Origin: Octopus vulgaris
Taxonomy: Eukaryota
Direction: 5' to 3'
Assembly (NCBI GenBank): GCA_951406725.2
Contig: OX597831.1
Coordinates: 37,324,001-37,388,000, forward strand
DNA: 64,000 bases
The position numbers and the translations under genes are program-made. The notes under the pieces are model-generated. The model ran no database searches and had not been told where the DNA came from. It saw only the letters and a program-made list of their open reading frames with translations. Below are positions 29,848 to 42,870 of this stretch, piece by piece; the first letter of the stretch is position 1, and every line of letters starts with the position of its first letter.

Positions 29848-30551
29848 GCACCACAATTACCACCCCCAATTACCTTTATCACCTTGCCTGATTTCTTTTA
29901 CGTCTCTCTTTTTCCCCTCATATTTTCTCCGTCTGTCTCGCTTTTGTTGATGTTAATGCTTCGTTCGTTTCACTATTCCCGTCTCTGCCTAATCTTCGTC
30001 GTCTCTCTCATTCTACCTCTAACACTTCCCGTTCACTTTTTTTCTCTTTCAGTCTATCTCAACGCTTTACTGTTTTCCTTTCTCCCATCTCACTCAATTA
30101 TTTCTTTATTCAATATTTCTCAAAAGCGATGTCACTAACTCCACCACCTCCACCACATCTTATTACAATAACTATAAACAGTTTCTTTCATAGACCACTT
30201 GAGTTTCTTCTCCTAGCGTGACACAAACTGCTAGTAGGAAAGGAGGCAGGCAAGTAGGTAGGTAGGTAGGAAAGTACTTTTGTACTTTTGAATTAAGAGA
30301 AAAACACACAGACACACAGACATACACTCACACACATATATTCTGTTTTAGTTACTCGAGTGATAACTTTCTAAAGTCAAAATGATTACATCTCGTCGCT
30401 CATAACAGAGGAAATAGTGAGGGATTGCATCTATCAATAACGAACCTATTATGACTTCTTGAAACAGCTGTAAGGCAAATTTGCTTTAATAAAGGAAACA
30501 TATAGAATAACCATTATTTATAACTTGTAGTGTATCACAGTTCCAATATAT

Positions 30552-30948
30552 ACTCTTTTACTTGTTTCAGTCATTTGATTGCGTCCGTGCTGGAGCACCG
30601 CCTTTAGTCGAGCAAATCGAACCCAGGACTTATTCTGTTGATGTTTAGTACTTATTCTATCGGTCTCTTTTGCCGAACCGCTAAGTTACGGGTAGTAAAC
30701 ACACCACCATCGGTTGTCAAGCGATGTTGGGGAGAAAAAGACAGACACAAAAACATATAAACACACATAAATATACATATATATATATACATACATACTA
30801 CGTGCTTTCTTTCAGTTTTCCGTCTACCAAATCCACTCACAAGGCTTTGGTCGGCCCGAGGCAATAGTAGAAGACAGTCGTCACGCAGTGGGGATGAACC
30901 CGGAACCATGTGCTTGGTTAGCAAGCTACTTGCCACACAGCCACTCCT

Positions 30949-30952
<4 letters not shown>
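30552..30952 (-). mobile_element. SINE family A, near full length
   Basis: Reverse complement of the full family-A consensus. Confidence 0.9.
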
Positions 30953-30995
<43 letters not shown>

Positions 30996-31107
30996 CTTGG
31001 GGTGGCAAAAATATTTATAGAACAATTCTTTGTTACCAGTGGTCTAGCGAGAAGGAAAAATTTAGTCAATAGTCTATGCATTATTCATAGAAGAATACAG
31101 TGTACAT

Positions 31108-31324
31108 TCAAACACATAGAAGTTGACGAATGATAGGACATCTGGCTCACTAGAAAGAGAAGTTAAGTCTCCAAGCCACTACTAGTTGCAATTCTGAAAG
31201 GGAATGAAAAATATAAAATAAAAACATTCATTCCCTTTCAGAATTACAACTATTAGTGGCTTGGAGTTTTAACTGCTCTTTCTAGTGAGTCAGATGTCCT
31301 ATCCTTGGTCATCTCTTATGTGTT

Positions 31325-31327
<3 letters not shown>
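31108..31327. repeat. Fold-back inverted repeat, ~100-bp arms
   Basis: gataggacatctggctcactagaaaga...ctgaaagggaatga vs tcattccctttcag...tctttctagtgagtcagatgtcctatc. Confidence 0.85.
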
Positions 31328-31368
<41 letters not shown>

Positions 31369-33194
31369 CATATAATGGAATTGTGAAACACGAAGCAAAT
31401 GAAGTTGTAATAGCGTGTAAATTTTGGGTTAAGAAATCCTTTACTATTTGGATAGAAAGCGTTGAAGGCTGTTAATAGAACGCGAAACCACATTTTCTGT
31501 GGTCATGAATGACATTCTACCATTAGACATTGGAGCAAAGCAATCTTTGAATTTTTCGAGCCATTCTACAAAATTTATTCTTAACTATGAGAAATATATG
31601 AAGTTGACGTCACAGTAATCTATAAACTTCCAGAGTAGAAGAAACAGGATTTTGGGGGGAAAGTGAAACTACAGGCAGATAATGCTATAAATAATAACAT
31701 GAAAATATTGAGTTATCCTATAGCTGAGCATATCAACATCCAATTTTAAATTGTTATTGTGGCTTGCCGAGTTCTGATCCAGCAGATTTATAATTGAAGG
31801 TCTACAAACCGTAGTTACAGTGTTGTATTTTTTAAAAATCAGTATGTATTTATACCAACACAAACTAATCTGAGGTTTTGTATTCTTGAAGGGAGTAAGC
31901 TTGGGATTTGAACAGGATTGCGTTGCTATTTCTAGAAAAAAAAAAACAAGAACCGCATAGATCCTCCCGCTGTGTATCGTCGGACAAGTCCTTTGTTTCG
32001 AATTACCGTTTACTATTTATGTTTTTTTTTGTGTGTGCAAGTGTCTCTATGTGTGTCAGTGTAATGGCGATACATTGAACTGAGCAATACGATGTGTTAT
32101 TAAATAGAGATTTCTTTCACAGGTGCCGTAATTCTGCTGCTTTTGATTAAGTTCAATGTTTCTGCAGTGATAACAAAGGCCTTCCCAACATGAATAACTT
32201 TTGTTTCAATGCCACCTTCGCCTGAACTTCACTTCCTTTAAAGAGGGTAACCTTCCTCTGGATTCTTATAACTTACCATTTATTGGCGGGCATATTATAT
32301 AAAGAGCATAGAAATGTGAGATCAGAGACAAGTATATTCCATTATATTAGAAACTTCACAGAATAAGCTAGATCAATTTCGTCTGGTTCGTGTTGTAATC
32401 TCAACTTGAGTCAGCTTTGATTCCTCCCTGTTCGATAAAATAAGAGAATTTTAATAAATAGAGAAGGTTATAGCTCAGCGTTGTAATATCCGAGGGAACC
32501 TTGTCTATTAATGCAACCCAGTTTCAATTCTGTTATTAATTATTTAATTTCACTTGTATAATTAGCAGAGATATTTAACATCGGATTGAATGATGTTGCG
32601 GTGTACATTGCGGTTTTCTGGTTCTGTGTTCAAATTCCGCTGATATCAACTGTACTTTTATTATTTCTGGGTCGATAAATAAAGTACTAGCACGAAATAG
32701 TCAAAGGAGAAGCTTGCAGCATTTGTTATAGAGAATTTTGTGTTCAGATCTTACGTAGGTCGAGTTCATAATTTGTACTTTTGGATGGAATGTTAACATA
32801 TTGTTAGGGCGTCGGAGGAGAGACTTGCAGTGTTTGTTCTGGTTATTTGTATTCGTTAGAATGCAAATACCCCACCGAGGTCAACTTTACACTTCATGCT
32901 CCTTCAATGAATGGAGTAACAGTACAAAGCGGCAGATTTGAGTAATTGCATTATATAATTCCGGCTGTATGCTAATTTCGAAAGATACCGTGGTTAGTTT
33001 TGCCTTTAATCGTGTCAGAGTTGATAAATAAAGAACCCGTATATGTTGGTGGGTTAGGAAAATCTTAAGTGTGTCGGACGCGATATCCTGCATTATTTGT
33101 GATGGTTATTTGCTTGCTGAATTCACATTCAACCTCAGAACAGGATATCCGGGCTAATCATTCGACTCCTGTTAAGTATCATTCAACATCCGAT

Positions 33195-33601
33195 ATAATA
33201 TAACATAGGTTTCAAATTTTGGCACAAGGCCAACAGTTTCAGAGGGTAAGTCGGTAAGATCGACCTCAGCATTCAACTGTTGCTTATTTTATCAACCCCC
33301 CAAAGAAGATGAATTACAAAGTTGATCTCGGTGGAACTTGATCGCAGAACATTAAAACGCACAAAATCCCTATTTCTTTACTACCCACAAGGGGCTAAAC
33401 ACAGACGGAACAAACAAGGATATACAAACGAATCAAGTTGATTACATCGACCACAGTGCGCAACTGATACTTGATTCCTCGAACCCAAAAGGATGAAAGG
33501 CGAAGTCGGCCTCGGCGGAATTTGAACTCATAACGTAACCGCAGACGAAATACGGCTACGCATTTCGACAGGCGTGCTAACGATTCTGCCAGCTCGCCGC
33601 C
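33195..33601 (-). mobile_element. SINE family B dimer
   Basis: Minus-strand head ggcggcgagctggcagaatcgttagcacgcc; two cores joined at the fixed junction. Confidence 0.85.
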
Positions 33602-33696
33602 TTCACACACGCACACACGCACATACAAACACACATATATATTACATTATATTATATTCTATTCTATTGTATTATATTATATCATATCATTTCATA

Positions 33697-34025
33697 TTAA
33701 ATAAGTACCAGTTACGCACTGTGGTCGATATAATCGACTTAATCTGTGTGTATGTCCTTGTTTGTCCCATCTGTGTGTAGCCACTTGTGGGTAGTAAAGA
33801 AATAAGTATTTCATCTGCCGCTACGTTCAGAGTTCAAATTCCGCCGAGGTCGACTTTGTCTTTCATCCTTTCGGGGTCGGTTAAATAAGTACCAGTTACG
33901 CACTGGAGTCGATATAATCGACTTAAACCGTTTGTCTGTCCTTGTTTGTCCCTTCTGTGTGTAGCCCCTTGTGGGCAGTAAAGAAATAGGTGTTTCGTCT
34001 GCCGTTACGTTCTGAGTTCAAATTT
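33697..34025 (+). mobile_element. SINE family B multimer fragment
   Basis: Two tail-to-core junctions at ~33800 and ~33985. Confidence 0.85.
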
Positions 34026-34131
34026 CACTATAGCTCAAACCCGACCAATGAGGTGTGAGTGAAGTTGTTAAGCGAAAACTGTGAGGAAGCCCGTCTTGTC
34101 GCTTTCTCCCCCCTCTCTTTCTATATATATG

Positions 34132-34175
<44 letters not shown>

Positions 34176-34194
34176 TTTATATGTCTATCTATCT

Positions 34195-34462
34195 ATATAA
34201 ATATTCTACAATTATAAACATAATTATAATCAGGGTTCAGCTAATTGCTTCGACATGCACCGAATTTAGAAATAGGAGTTAAATGCCTTTTCTAGTACCA
34301 TAAAGTTCTCCCAGACAGTAACACACTTTTTTACATAGGCAAAAATTGCTTTACTATCTTGGAGATCTTTATGGTTGTAGAAAAGGCATTTAACTCCTAT
34401 TTCTAAATTCGGTGCGTGCCCCCTGATTATAATTATGTTTATAATTATAGAATATTTGTATA
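34195..34462. repeat. Fold-back inverted repeat (~260 bp)
   Basis: 34196-34235 vs 34421-34462 and 34254-34321 vs 34351-34418 are reverse complements. Confidence 0.9.
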
Positions 34463-34740
34463 TTTAAGTTTAATTTGTCAAAATATTTTTGTCGCTATAA
34501 GACCGCGACCTGTTCACTGACAAAAATCCGTATTGCAGCACGCATTTTTGTCAGTGAACAGGTCACGGTCTTATAGCGACGAAAATATTTTGACAAATTA
34601 AACTTAAATGTTGAAGTGAATTGGACGGCTTTCGTGTGTTTCTTAAATGGCTTACAAACACCTTCCACGCTGCAATTGTTTTCGTTTCAGCACACGATCT
34701 CAGATCAAATCACTTGCTATGCAAGTCCATCTCCGTAATA
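34462..34740 (+). mobile_element. Penelope-like fragment with inverted 5' end and a variant hammerhead
   Basis: Arms 34462-34527 and 34544-34609; tttgtca-GTGAACA-g-gtc(a/g)c...gcgac-GAAA-atat-TT-tgacaaa. Confidence 0.6.
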
Positions 34741-34897
34741 TTTGTATAATTTTACCTAAAAAGGTTATTTTAACGTACCGAAATACTTGGTAAAATTATT
34801 GATTAATTAGTTAATTAATTTCAAACTTTTATTATCTCTCTCTCTGTCGAACTGTCTGTCTCCCTTTCTCTCTCAAGATATATATATATATGTGTGT

Positions 34898-34928
<31 letters not shown>

Positions 34929-35515
34929 ATCGTGTGTGTATAGCTTTTTTTTTTCTTGTTCAGTTTGTCGCCCACCACCGCTTGACAACCGGTGTAAGTT
35001 TGTTTAATTCCCTAAAGCTAACAGTTCCGTAAAAGTCAACGCTACACTACGTACCAGATATAAAAAAACAATGATTATATATATTGAGATTAATTTATTC
35101 CAATAACCCTTTGAAGGTGGCATCCCAGAATGGCCACACACAAATGACTGAAACGAGTACAAAAATACCTGACTGCGAAGAGATATCGCGTAAACATCTT
35201 TAGGAATTGCACCTCCATTAACACTGATTTTGTTTCCAAAGTTATAACTCTTCTTAGAATTCCCATTTAAGTTGCTGACTGTTTCAGCTGGTGAGTGAAA
35301 TTTTGCTTCTACATCGATTTAAAATTTCAATGACCATAAATCACTGTTGAAAGCCAGACTCAATCAACTTAGATTTCTTAGATTCCTGAGATTTCTTACC
35401 GTTTTTACATTAATTAAAGATTCTCGTAAATTTCACAGGTAGACTTCAAAGATTGTTTGGCTTTCAGTCGATATGACCATAAATTTACAATCGGGCGCGA
35501 AGGTATATATATATA

Positions 35516-35600
<85 letters not shown>

Positions 35601-35628
35601 TTATCTAACTCTCTCTCTCTCTCTCTCC

Positions 35629-35663
<35 letters not shown>

Positions 35664-35714
35664 CACACACACACACACACGCGCGCGCACACACACACAA
35701 ACACACACACACAC

Positions 35715-35761
<47 letters not shown>

Positions 35762-36108
35762 GGCGTAGGAGTGGCTGTGTGTTAAGTAGCTTGCTTACGA
35801 ACCGCATAATTCCGGGTTCAGTCTTACTGCGTGGCATCTTGGCAAAGTGTCTTCTACAATAGCTCGGGCAGACCAAAGCCTTGTGAGTGGATTTGGTAGA
35901 CGGAAACTGAAAGAAGCCCGTCGTATATATATATGTGTGTGTGTGTGTCTGTCCCCCAACATCGCTTGACAACCGATGCTGGTGTTTTTACGTCCCCATA
36001 ATCTAGCGGTTCGGCAAAGGAGACCGATACGATGAGAATGGGGTCGATTTGCTCGACTAAAGGCGGTGCATCATCATGCCCACAGTCAAATGATTGAAAC
36101 AAGTAAAC
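35762..36108 (+). mobile_element. SINE family A
   Basis: GGCGTAGGAGTGGCTGTGTG head through caaatgattgaaacaagta tail. Confidence 0.9.
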
Positions 36109-36220
36109 ATATATATATATATATGTGTGTGTGTGTATGTGTGTGTGTGTGTGTGTGTCTGTGTATACGTCACTAAAGTCAACATGGGCACTACTCAGCA
36201 CAAGCATTGTTAGACATAAT

Positions 36221-36449
36221 AGTCAAAACCATTCAATAGCCAAAAGAAGTACTATTTTCATGAACTGACAGGGGAGACAAGCATTTTATCTTGACAAAAA
36301 GACTTATAAGCTGGCAAGGTGACGTGCATTTAACCCTAGGTGCGTTGAGAGTCATTAATGAGCGTTAAGATGCCTGAAGCATATCTTACTTGTCTCCCTT
36401 GTCAGCTCATTAAGATAGTGCTTCTGTTGACTATTGAGTTGTGTTGACT
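36221..36449. repeat. Diverged inverted repeat, ~60-bp arms
   Basis: agtcaaaacc...ctgacaggggagacaag vs cttgtctcccttgtcag...gtgttgact. Confidence 0.7.
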
Positions 36450-37526
36450 CTTATTTTTAGCAGTACTGGTGTTGATTACTACCCTTGTTCATTTTAGTAA
36501 CGTAGGTTGTAAAATTGCGAACTAACCACCCATATTACACACACGCACACACACACACACACACACATACACACACATATTAAGTGTTGGATATGTTCCT
36601 AGTAGTAAGCCAAATGAAGCACGCACATTCACTGCATGTGGCTACCTCACGTCATCCAAGGCATTTATGCAATTGTCGGTGGGTCAGGAATTCTTCAGTG
36701 TTCGGCAAGTATATAACAAAAAGAAAGAGAGAACGTTGTATACATAGGAGACTTTATTGCTCACAACGCTTGTTCCGAACCATTCTGCATCGATCCGTCA
36801 CGAATAGCATACTGTACTACTGATTGTTGTGCATCCCTCGGAGTTGGCGCATCTCGGTTCATGTTATATGGGGTAGTTCGTCGAATAAAACCGAGTGAAA
36901 CAGAGTTTATTTAACAAGATATCCCTTATAACATAATCCGAGGAGACGAGTCAGCATCGAGGGACGCAGTACAATCAGCTGTACAACATCTTACCCGAGA
37001 GGGATCGATGCAGGATGTGTCGAAACGATCGTTGTGAGCAATAACATTTCTTTTATACTTCCAGTTTCCCTCTCTACTATATGTACGCGTGCACGCGCGT
37101 GTGGCTGTGTGTGCGTGTGGCTGTGTGTGCGTGTGCGTGAGCATGCTTATTTCAAGAGAATCATCGCCAAGCGATATTTAGGCATAAGCGAACTTTAGGT
37201 TAGTTAAAACATATTTGTAACATATTTCAACCTCTAAAGTCGAATTTAATGCAGTTACCGAGGAGAAAAAAAAGTTCTCTCTCATAGTAAAAAGCATGTA
37301 AATACACTATATCTCTCTTGTGATGCCCCCATTATTGATTATTTCAGAATAGACTTTCTGATGTGAATTTATGCTCTTATATATACATATATTCATATAA
37401 TTAAGCACACATATACGTATACATACATTCATATATAAACAAATAATACACGCGCGCGCGCTCACACACACAAACACAAACACATACATATATATCTGCG
37501 TGAATCTTTAGGTATGTATATTTATA

Positions 37527-37579
<53 letters not shown>

Positions 37580-37627
37580 ATGCGTTATATCATCATTATC
37601 ATCATCATGAAGGCAGAGAGGGCTGAA

Positions 37628-37670
<43 letters not shown>

Positions 37671-39097
37671 ATAAACACTTATATACACACACACGTAGAG
37701 GCTATCAGTTTCACATACCTTGGAAAAGGCAATATTCCAACTTAATAGTTTGTCAAAGGAAATTAAATTGCTTTCTTTTGACGAAAGTAACAAAGCTTCT
37801 GTTGTATTTATCTAAATACGCAGATATGTAATTAGAATGTCTACAATGTTCATTTTAGCAATGCGTATAAAGTACATTTAAGTTAAGTCGAGAAGTAGAA
37901 CAGGTTCGGTGAGTTGATTCTCCAGAAATTTATCTTTTGTCTTCTCTTACTTTTTTCCTTCTGTCATCTTTACCTATTCAAAAGAGATTAATACTGCTTA
38001 ATATGAAAGACACAGCTTCTCTGATTATTAGGTGATATGAAGATTACCTGAAGAATAATAGGCGGTGAAAGATAAATGAATTATATACTTCGAACAATAT
38101 CTCTCCAGGAGCTTCCATATCGACCACGGTGCCTTCCGCGTTATACCTTTCGATATTGCTTTGAAATGCGTTCATATAAAATGCAGTATGAAGTAAATAA
38201 ATAGTTCATTATAAACTCGAATCTTTGTTCGCTGTCAAATGTAATTAATTATTTCGTTTTTCATTGTGAGGACAATTAGTAAATAGAAGTTTGAAACTTC
38301 AAAGTAAATTCACGTGATTTAACAGATTAAATTATATCAAAATATAAAAATAAAATAAAACGCTGGCGTCTTTTCAAAGACAAAGATTTATCACTGATTG
38401 AGATGCTAAACATTACTTTCCAAATTGAATCTAAACAAAGACTTGCCAATTTGAAATATCGCAATAGATATGATGTTATGACGCTTCTACTTTACTTATC
38501 ATAATTGTTGCATTTACAATTAGGACATTGGGGAAATTTGAGGGGAAAGAATGTCTGTCGAGTGGAGCTTCTTTTGGCCTCTCATATATATTCCTCGAAT
38601 TGATGGTCATAAAAACTGTAGCATTTATAATTCGTATATTTGCTAAAATGTAGGAGTTAAATGCATGTTTGGAGAGTTATTTTGGTCTCTTATATAATTA
38701 TAGAACCTCTGTTTATTATAATTGTTGTATTCTCCAGTAGCACATTCGGTAAATTAAAGGGGAGAGTACCTCTTCAGTAGAGAAGATTTCGCATCTTGTA
38801 TATGATAATGGTTTCAAATATCGGCATAACGCCAGCAATATTAGCTGAGTGGAGAGCGTCGATTTCATTCATCCTAACGTTCAGCTAATACTTATTTTAT
38901 TCACGCTGAAAAGAATACAAAAAATGTCGAGAAGGGTGGAATTTCGATTCAGAACAGAATGAGTTGCAAAACATACAACAAAGTATTTTTGTGATGCTAT
39001 AAAAGACAAGCCTTCTCTGCCTCCATGATGGTGATGGTGATGATGATATAATAATAATAATAATAATAATGATAACAATAATAATAATAATAATAAT

Positions 39098-39520
39098 AGG
39101 CCAACAGACCAGATATAGTTGTCAGAGATCATGAAGAAAAAAAATGCTTTCTAATTGATGTATCAATACCGGCAGATGACAACGTGTCTCTAAAAGAAAT
39201 GGAGAAACTCTCAAAATACAAAGACCTGGAAATAGAGGTAACTAGAATGTGGAACCTGAAAACAGAAACAATTCCTATCATAGTAGGTGCATTAGGCATG
39301 ATAAAAAGATATTCAGACAAATACATAACAAAAACACCAGGACTTACAAACACATATAACATACAGAAAATTGCGCTACTAGGCACTGCACACATCCTAC
39401 GCAGAACACTTTCCATACAATAACCATCAGAGCATCACAACAAATCACAGCACATACCCAAGGCACAGAGAGCTGCGCTCGGTAGTGAAGTGAAAGCACG
39501 CTATAAAAATAAAACTACTG
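39098..39520 (+). mobile_element. 5'-truncated R4/Dong-like LINE: restriction-like endonuclease C-terminus and 3' UTR, inserted in (TAA)n
   Basis: Uninterrupted frame 39100-39423: ANRPDIVVRDHEEKKCFLIDVSIPADDNVSLKEMEKLSKYKDLEIEV...IPIIVGALG...LLGTAHILRRTL* (RPD...D...K-EK..KY motif); TAA repeats on both sides. Confidence 0.9.
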
Positions 39521-39541
39521 AATAATAATAATAATAATAAT

Positions 39542-39618
<77 letters not shown>

Positions 39619-39689
39619 GATTGTGATTATTATTATTATTATTATGATTGTTGTTGTTGTTGTTGTTGTTGTAGTTATCATTTCTACTA

Positions 39690-39870
39690 TTAGCACAAGG
39701 CCTGAAGTTTGGGGATAGGGAGCTAGTCGATTACATAGACCCCAGTGCGTAACTGCTACTTATTTTATCGCCCCCACAAGGCAAAGTCGACGGCGGAATT
39801 TGAACTCTGTATAAAAATTTGGACGAAATACCGCTAAGCATTTTTTGGGGTGTGCTAAAGATTCTGCCAA
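39690..39870 (-). mobile_element. SINE family B, diverged
   Basis: ggcaaagtcgac-ggcggaatttgaactc...gacgaaataccgctaagca...gtgctaa.gattctgcca. Confidence 0.75.
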
Positions 39871-40232
39871 GTTGCATTTACACGTAGGACATTAGAGAAA
39901 ATATTTTCTAGTAAGGCACGTATGTATTATCTTTCAATAATAGCAATTGGTGTACTCACTGTTAGGGCATTTTATAAAGAAAATGGAAACTGTGCGTCGT
40001 AGAAACTCAGGAACCTAACAATTTCTTCAAGGATAGGCTTGGAAAAGCTAGGATTTTCAAGTAAAGGAAAAGAACAGCAAACACAATTTTAAGGCTGGAA
40101 TCAGCAAGTGGAATAATAAAAATATGTGTGAATTTTTGAAAGTTCGTTATGTTACAATAATCATAGTGATAGAGGTTTTATTTTATTATTAGAAACTTGC
40201 GCTTCCTTCTAAGAATAATCTCAAGGTTTATA

Positions 40233-40441
40233 CAGTAATCTCTCACCATATCGCGGTTCATTATTTAAACTTACGTCGATTCTCATGTGGAGTTGTTTTG
40301 CATTTATAATGAAATAAATACATACAAATTATAAAAATTATTTAAAAAATTATACAGTGCAGTACTGTTTCTACTGCGTGGATTTTCACCTACCACGGTG
40401 TTTTTTGGAAGGTAACACCCGCAATAGTCGAGAGATTACTG
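40233..40441. mobile_element. Tc1/mariner-superfamily (pogo/Tigger-like) MITE
   Basis: TA|CAGTAATCTCTC ... GAGAGATTACTG|TA: TIRs with TA target duplication. Confidence 0.8.
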
Positions 40442-40445
40442 TAAA

Positions 40446-40653
40446 AGAGAGGGTGCTGAAAATTTCTTGGATTTAAGGGTATCGCGAAAGGCCCTGTTGG
40501 AGGCCCAAACATTCGAGTTCTTTGAACAGGGCTCTGAAAAACTGAAGGACCTCTGCAACTAGTGTGCGATTCTAAAAGAGGAATATTTTAAATAAGATTG
40601 ATCCGTTTGAATTTTGTGTAACTCAAAGACAGGAATTTTTCAGCACAACATCA
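40446..40653 (+). mobile_element. Mariner-derived MITE, diverged
   Basis: gtgctgaaaa...ttttcagcac TIR cores; remnant EKLKDLCN*CAILKEEY; homolog of 47682-47896. Confidence 0.7.
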
Positions 40654-40952
40654 TATATACTGAAGGATATACAACGCTAGCAAGATACTTTTGTAAAGTA
40701 TATTCAATCAAGTTTTGCAAAATAGTTTCACTTTATAATTTTGTCTGAAGTAGGGTTTAGCAAAAGCAAAGCAAAACAAAAAAAATCAATGTAAATAACG
40801 AAAACAGTATAAAATGTCAAAATATCAAAGTGAGCTTCGTTGAACATGAAGCGATTTATGTGTTACACGCAAAAGCACACAAATACACTACGCGCAGAAA
40901 CACATATACATTGAAACAGAAAAGCACAAGTAAATAAGGAAATGTTATCAAT

Positions 40953-40984
<32 letters not shown>

Positions 40985-41059
40985 CAATCTTCTTTCTCTG
41001 TATATATATCTAGATATATAGACAAATATATAGATATAGACTTATACGAATGTATGTAA

Positions 41060-41102
<43 letters not shown>

Positions 41103-41120
41103 CACACACAAACATATATA

Positions 41121-41204
<84 letters not shown>

Positions 41205-42097
41205 TGTTTATATGTGTGTACATGCACATGTATATAAGTATATGTTTGGACGTACAAGTGTATATATATGTGCATGTATATATTTATTAGAATATTCATA
41301 TATATTCACATACACACAAACACGCACACACACACAAGCTCATACACATACATATATACATATACATATATATGTCTGTATATAAGTATATATCTTTGCA
41401 TATACAAGTATAGTATGTGTATATATTATATGTATACAATACATACACAAACGCACTCACGCATATGCGTATACGCCCACACACACACACACTCACATAT
41501 ATATATATAATTATATTCACGCACTCTCATACATACAAGTATACATATACCATTATATTTATTTCTTTAATTTCAGTCTCTAACTTCATCTCAGATTTTA
41601 TTCTCATCTGAAGTACGAAATAGGGACAGAATGCAACGCCCACTCGCATACGTTTACGCACGCATGCCCAGACACACCTATACACACATACAATATTCGA
41701 TCTTTCAATAATAGCAAAATTAATGACAAACACTATTATAGCTCCAAACCACCAATCCCCATCGAGACACGCCACTCCACTTACAATCCAACACAATCAA
41801 CTCACCAAAAATAGTAACAAAAAACACAACGTAGATACAGCGTCATATAATGTGTGTGTATTTGTGTATATGTGGGTGTGTGTCTGTGTTTGTGTGTATA
41901 TATATATGTATGGTTGTATGTGTATATATATATATATATATATAAATATGTGTACGTATTGATTGATGTAAGTGTATGTATGTACACACATATAAACGTA
42001 TGTATATATGTATAGTAATATATGTATATATACGTATTTACATACTTGTATGTATATACATATATATGCATATATATACACATACACACACACACAC

Positions 42098-42147
<50 letters not shown>

Positions 42148-42870
42148 ATGTATATATTTGTGCGTGTGAAGATGAGTGTGTGAAAGTGTGCGTGTATGTT
42201 GGCATGTGAGTGTGTTTTTTTCTCTAACTCCTTTCTCATCCTCCACACCAACAAGTCATGATGTCTCGGGGAGAAGTCGGTGAATTTATTGGTGAACTAT
42301 TCACTGACCACGTATTATTTATACGCATCGCCAGTGTGCAATTGACCATGAATTAGTGACAAATAATATCTGAAGTGACTCAAATCAAACGTGAGGACTG
42401 GTGTTCACATCGTAAAGTAATTGGTTATAGGAGAGAAAATTTCTTTCAAATAATTAGTTCGCTTTTCGCTAATGACTTCACATCATTGGAGGTTAGTGTT
42501 AGGTGGTAGGTTTCGTGTGGTTTTGATGATATACGTTTATTCTCTTTTGTCTCATTATTTTGTGTTCAAATACTGCCTGATCTCAAGAATCGACCGCAAT
42601 TATCAGAACGTAGCTTTGATGGAAGTGCGCACTATATATTTTTATTTCTTTTATTTCTTAATTGCACTAATTTTCAAGCGTTGCTCTGCTTTAGTATAAT
42701 ACGTTGTAACGCTCTGTAACTGTTTTTCAATAATTCATTCGTATTTTTGTTGCAATTTTTGTTGTTGTTGCTGTTGATGTTCTCATTGAGTCAAATGTCA
42801 GTAATATATTTTTTTTATCGAAATGACCTACCATCAAATACATTCCAGCTGTGACCGTCCTGCATAATAT

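Larger units (their letters stand above)
34026..35167 (+). mobile_element. Old SINE family A split by nested fold-back elements
   Basis: 5' body (actatagc...ccgacca...gaagcccgtc) at 34026-34095; 3' body (cccaccaccgcttgacaaccg...caaatgactgaaac) at 34965-35167. Confidence 0.6.
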
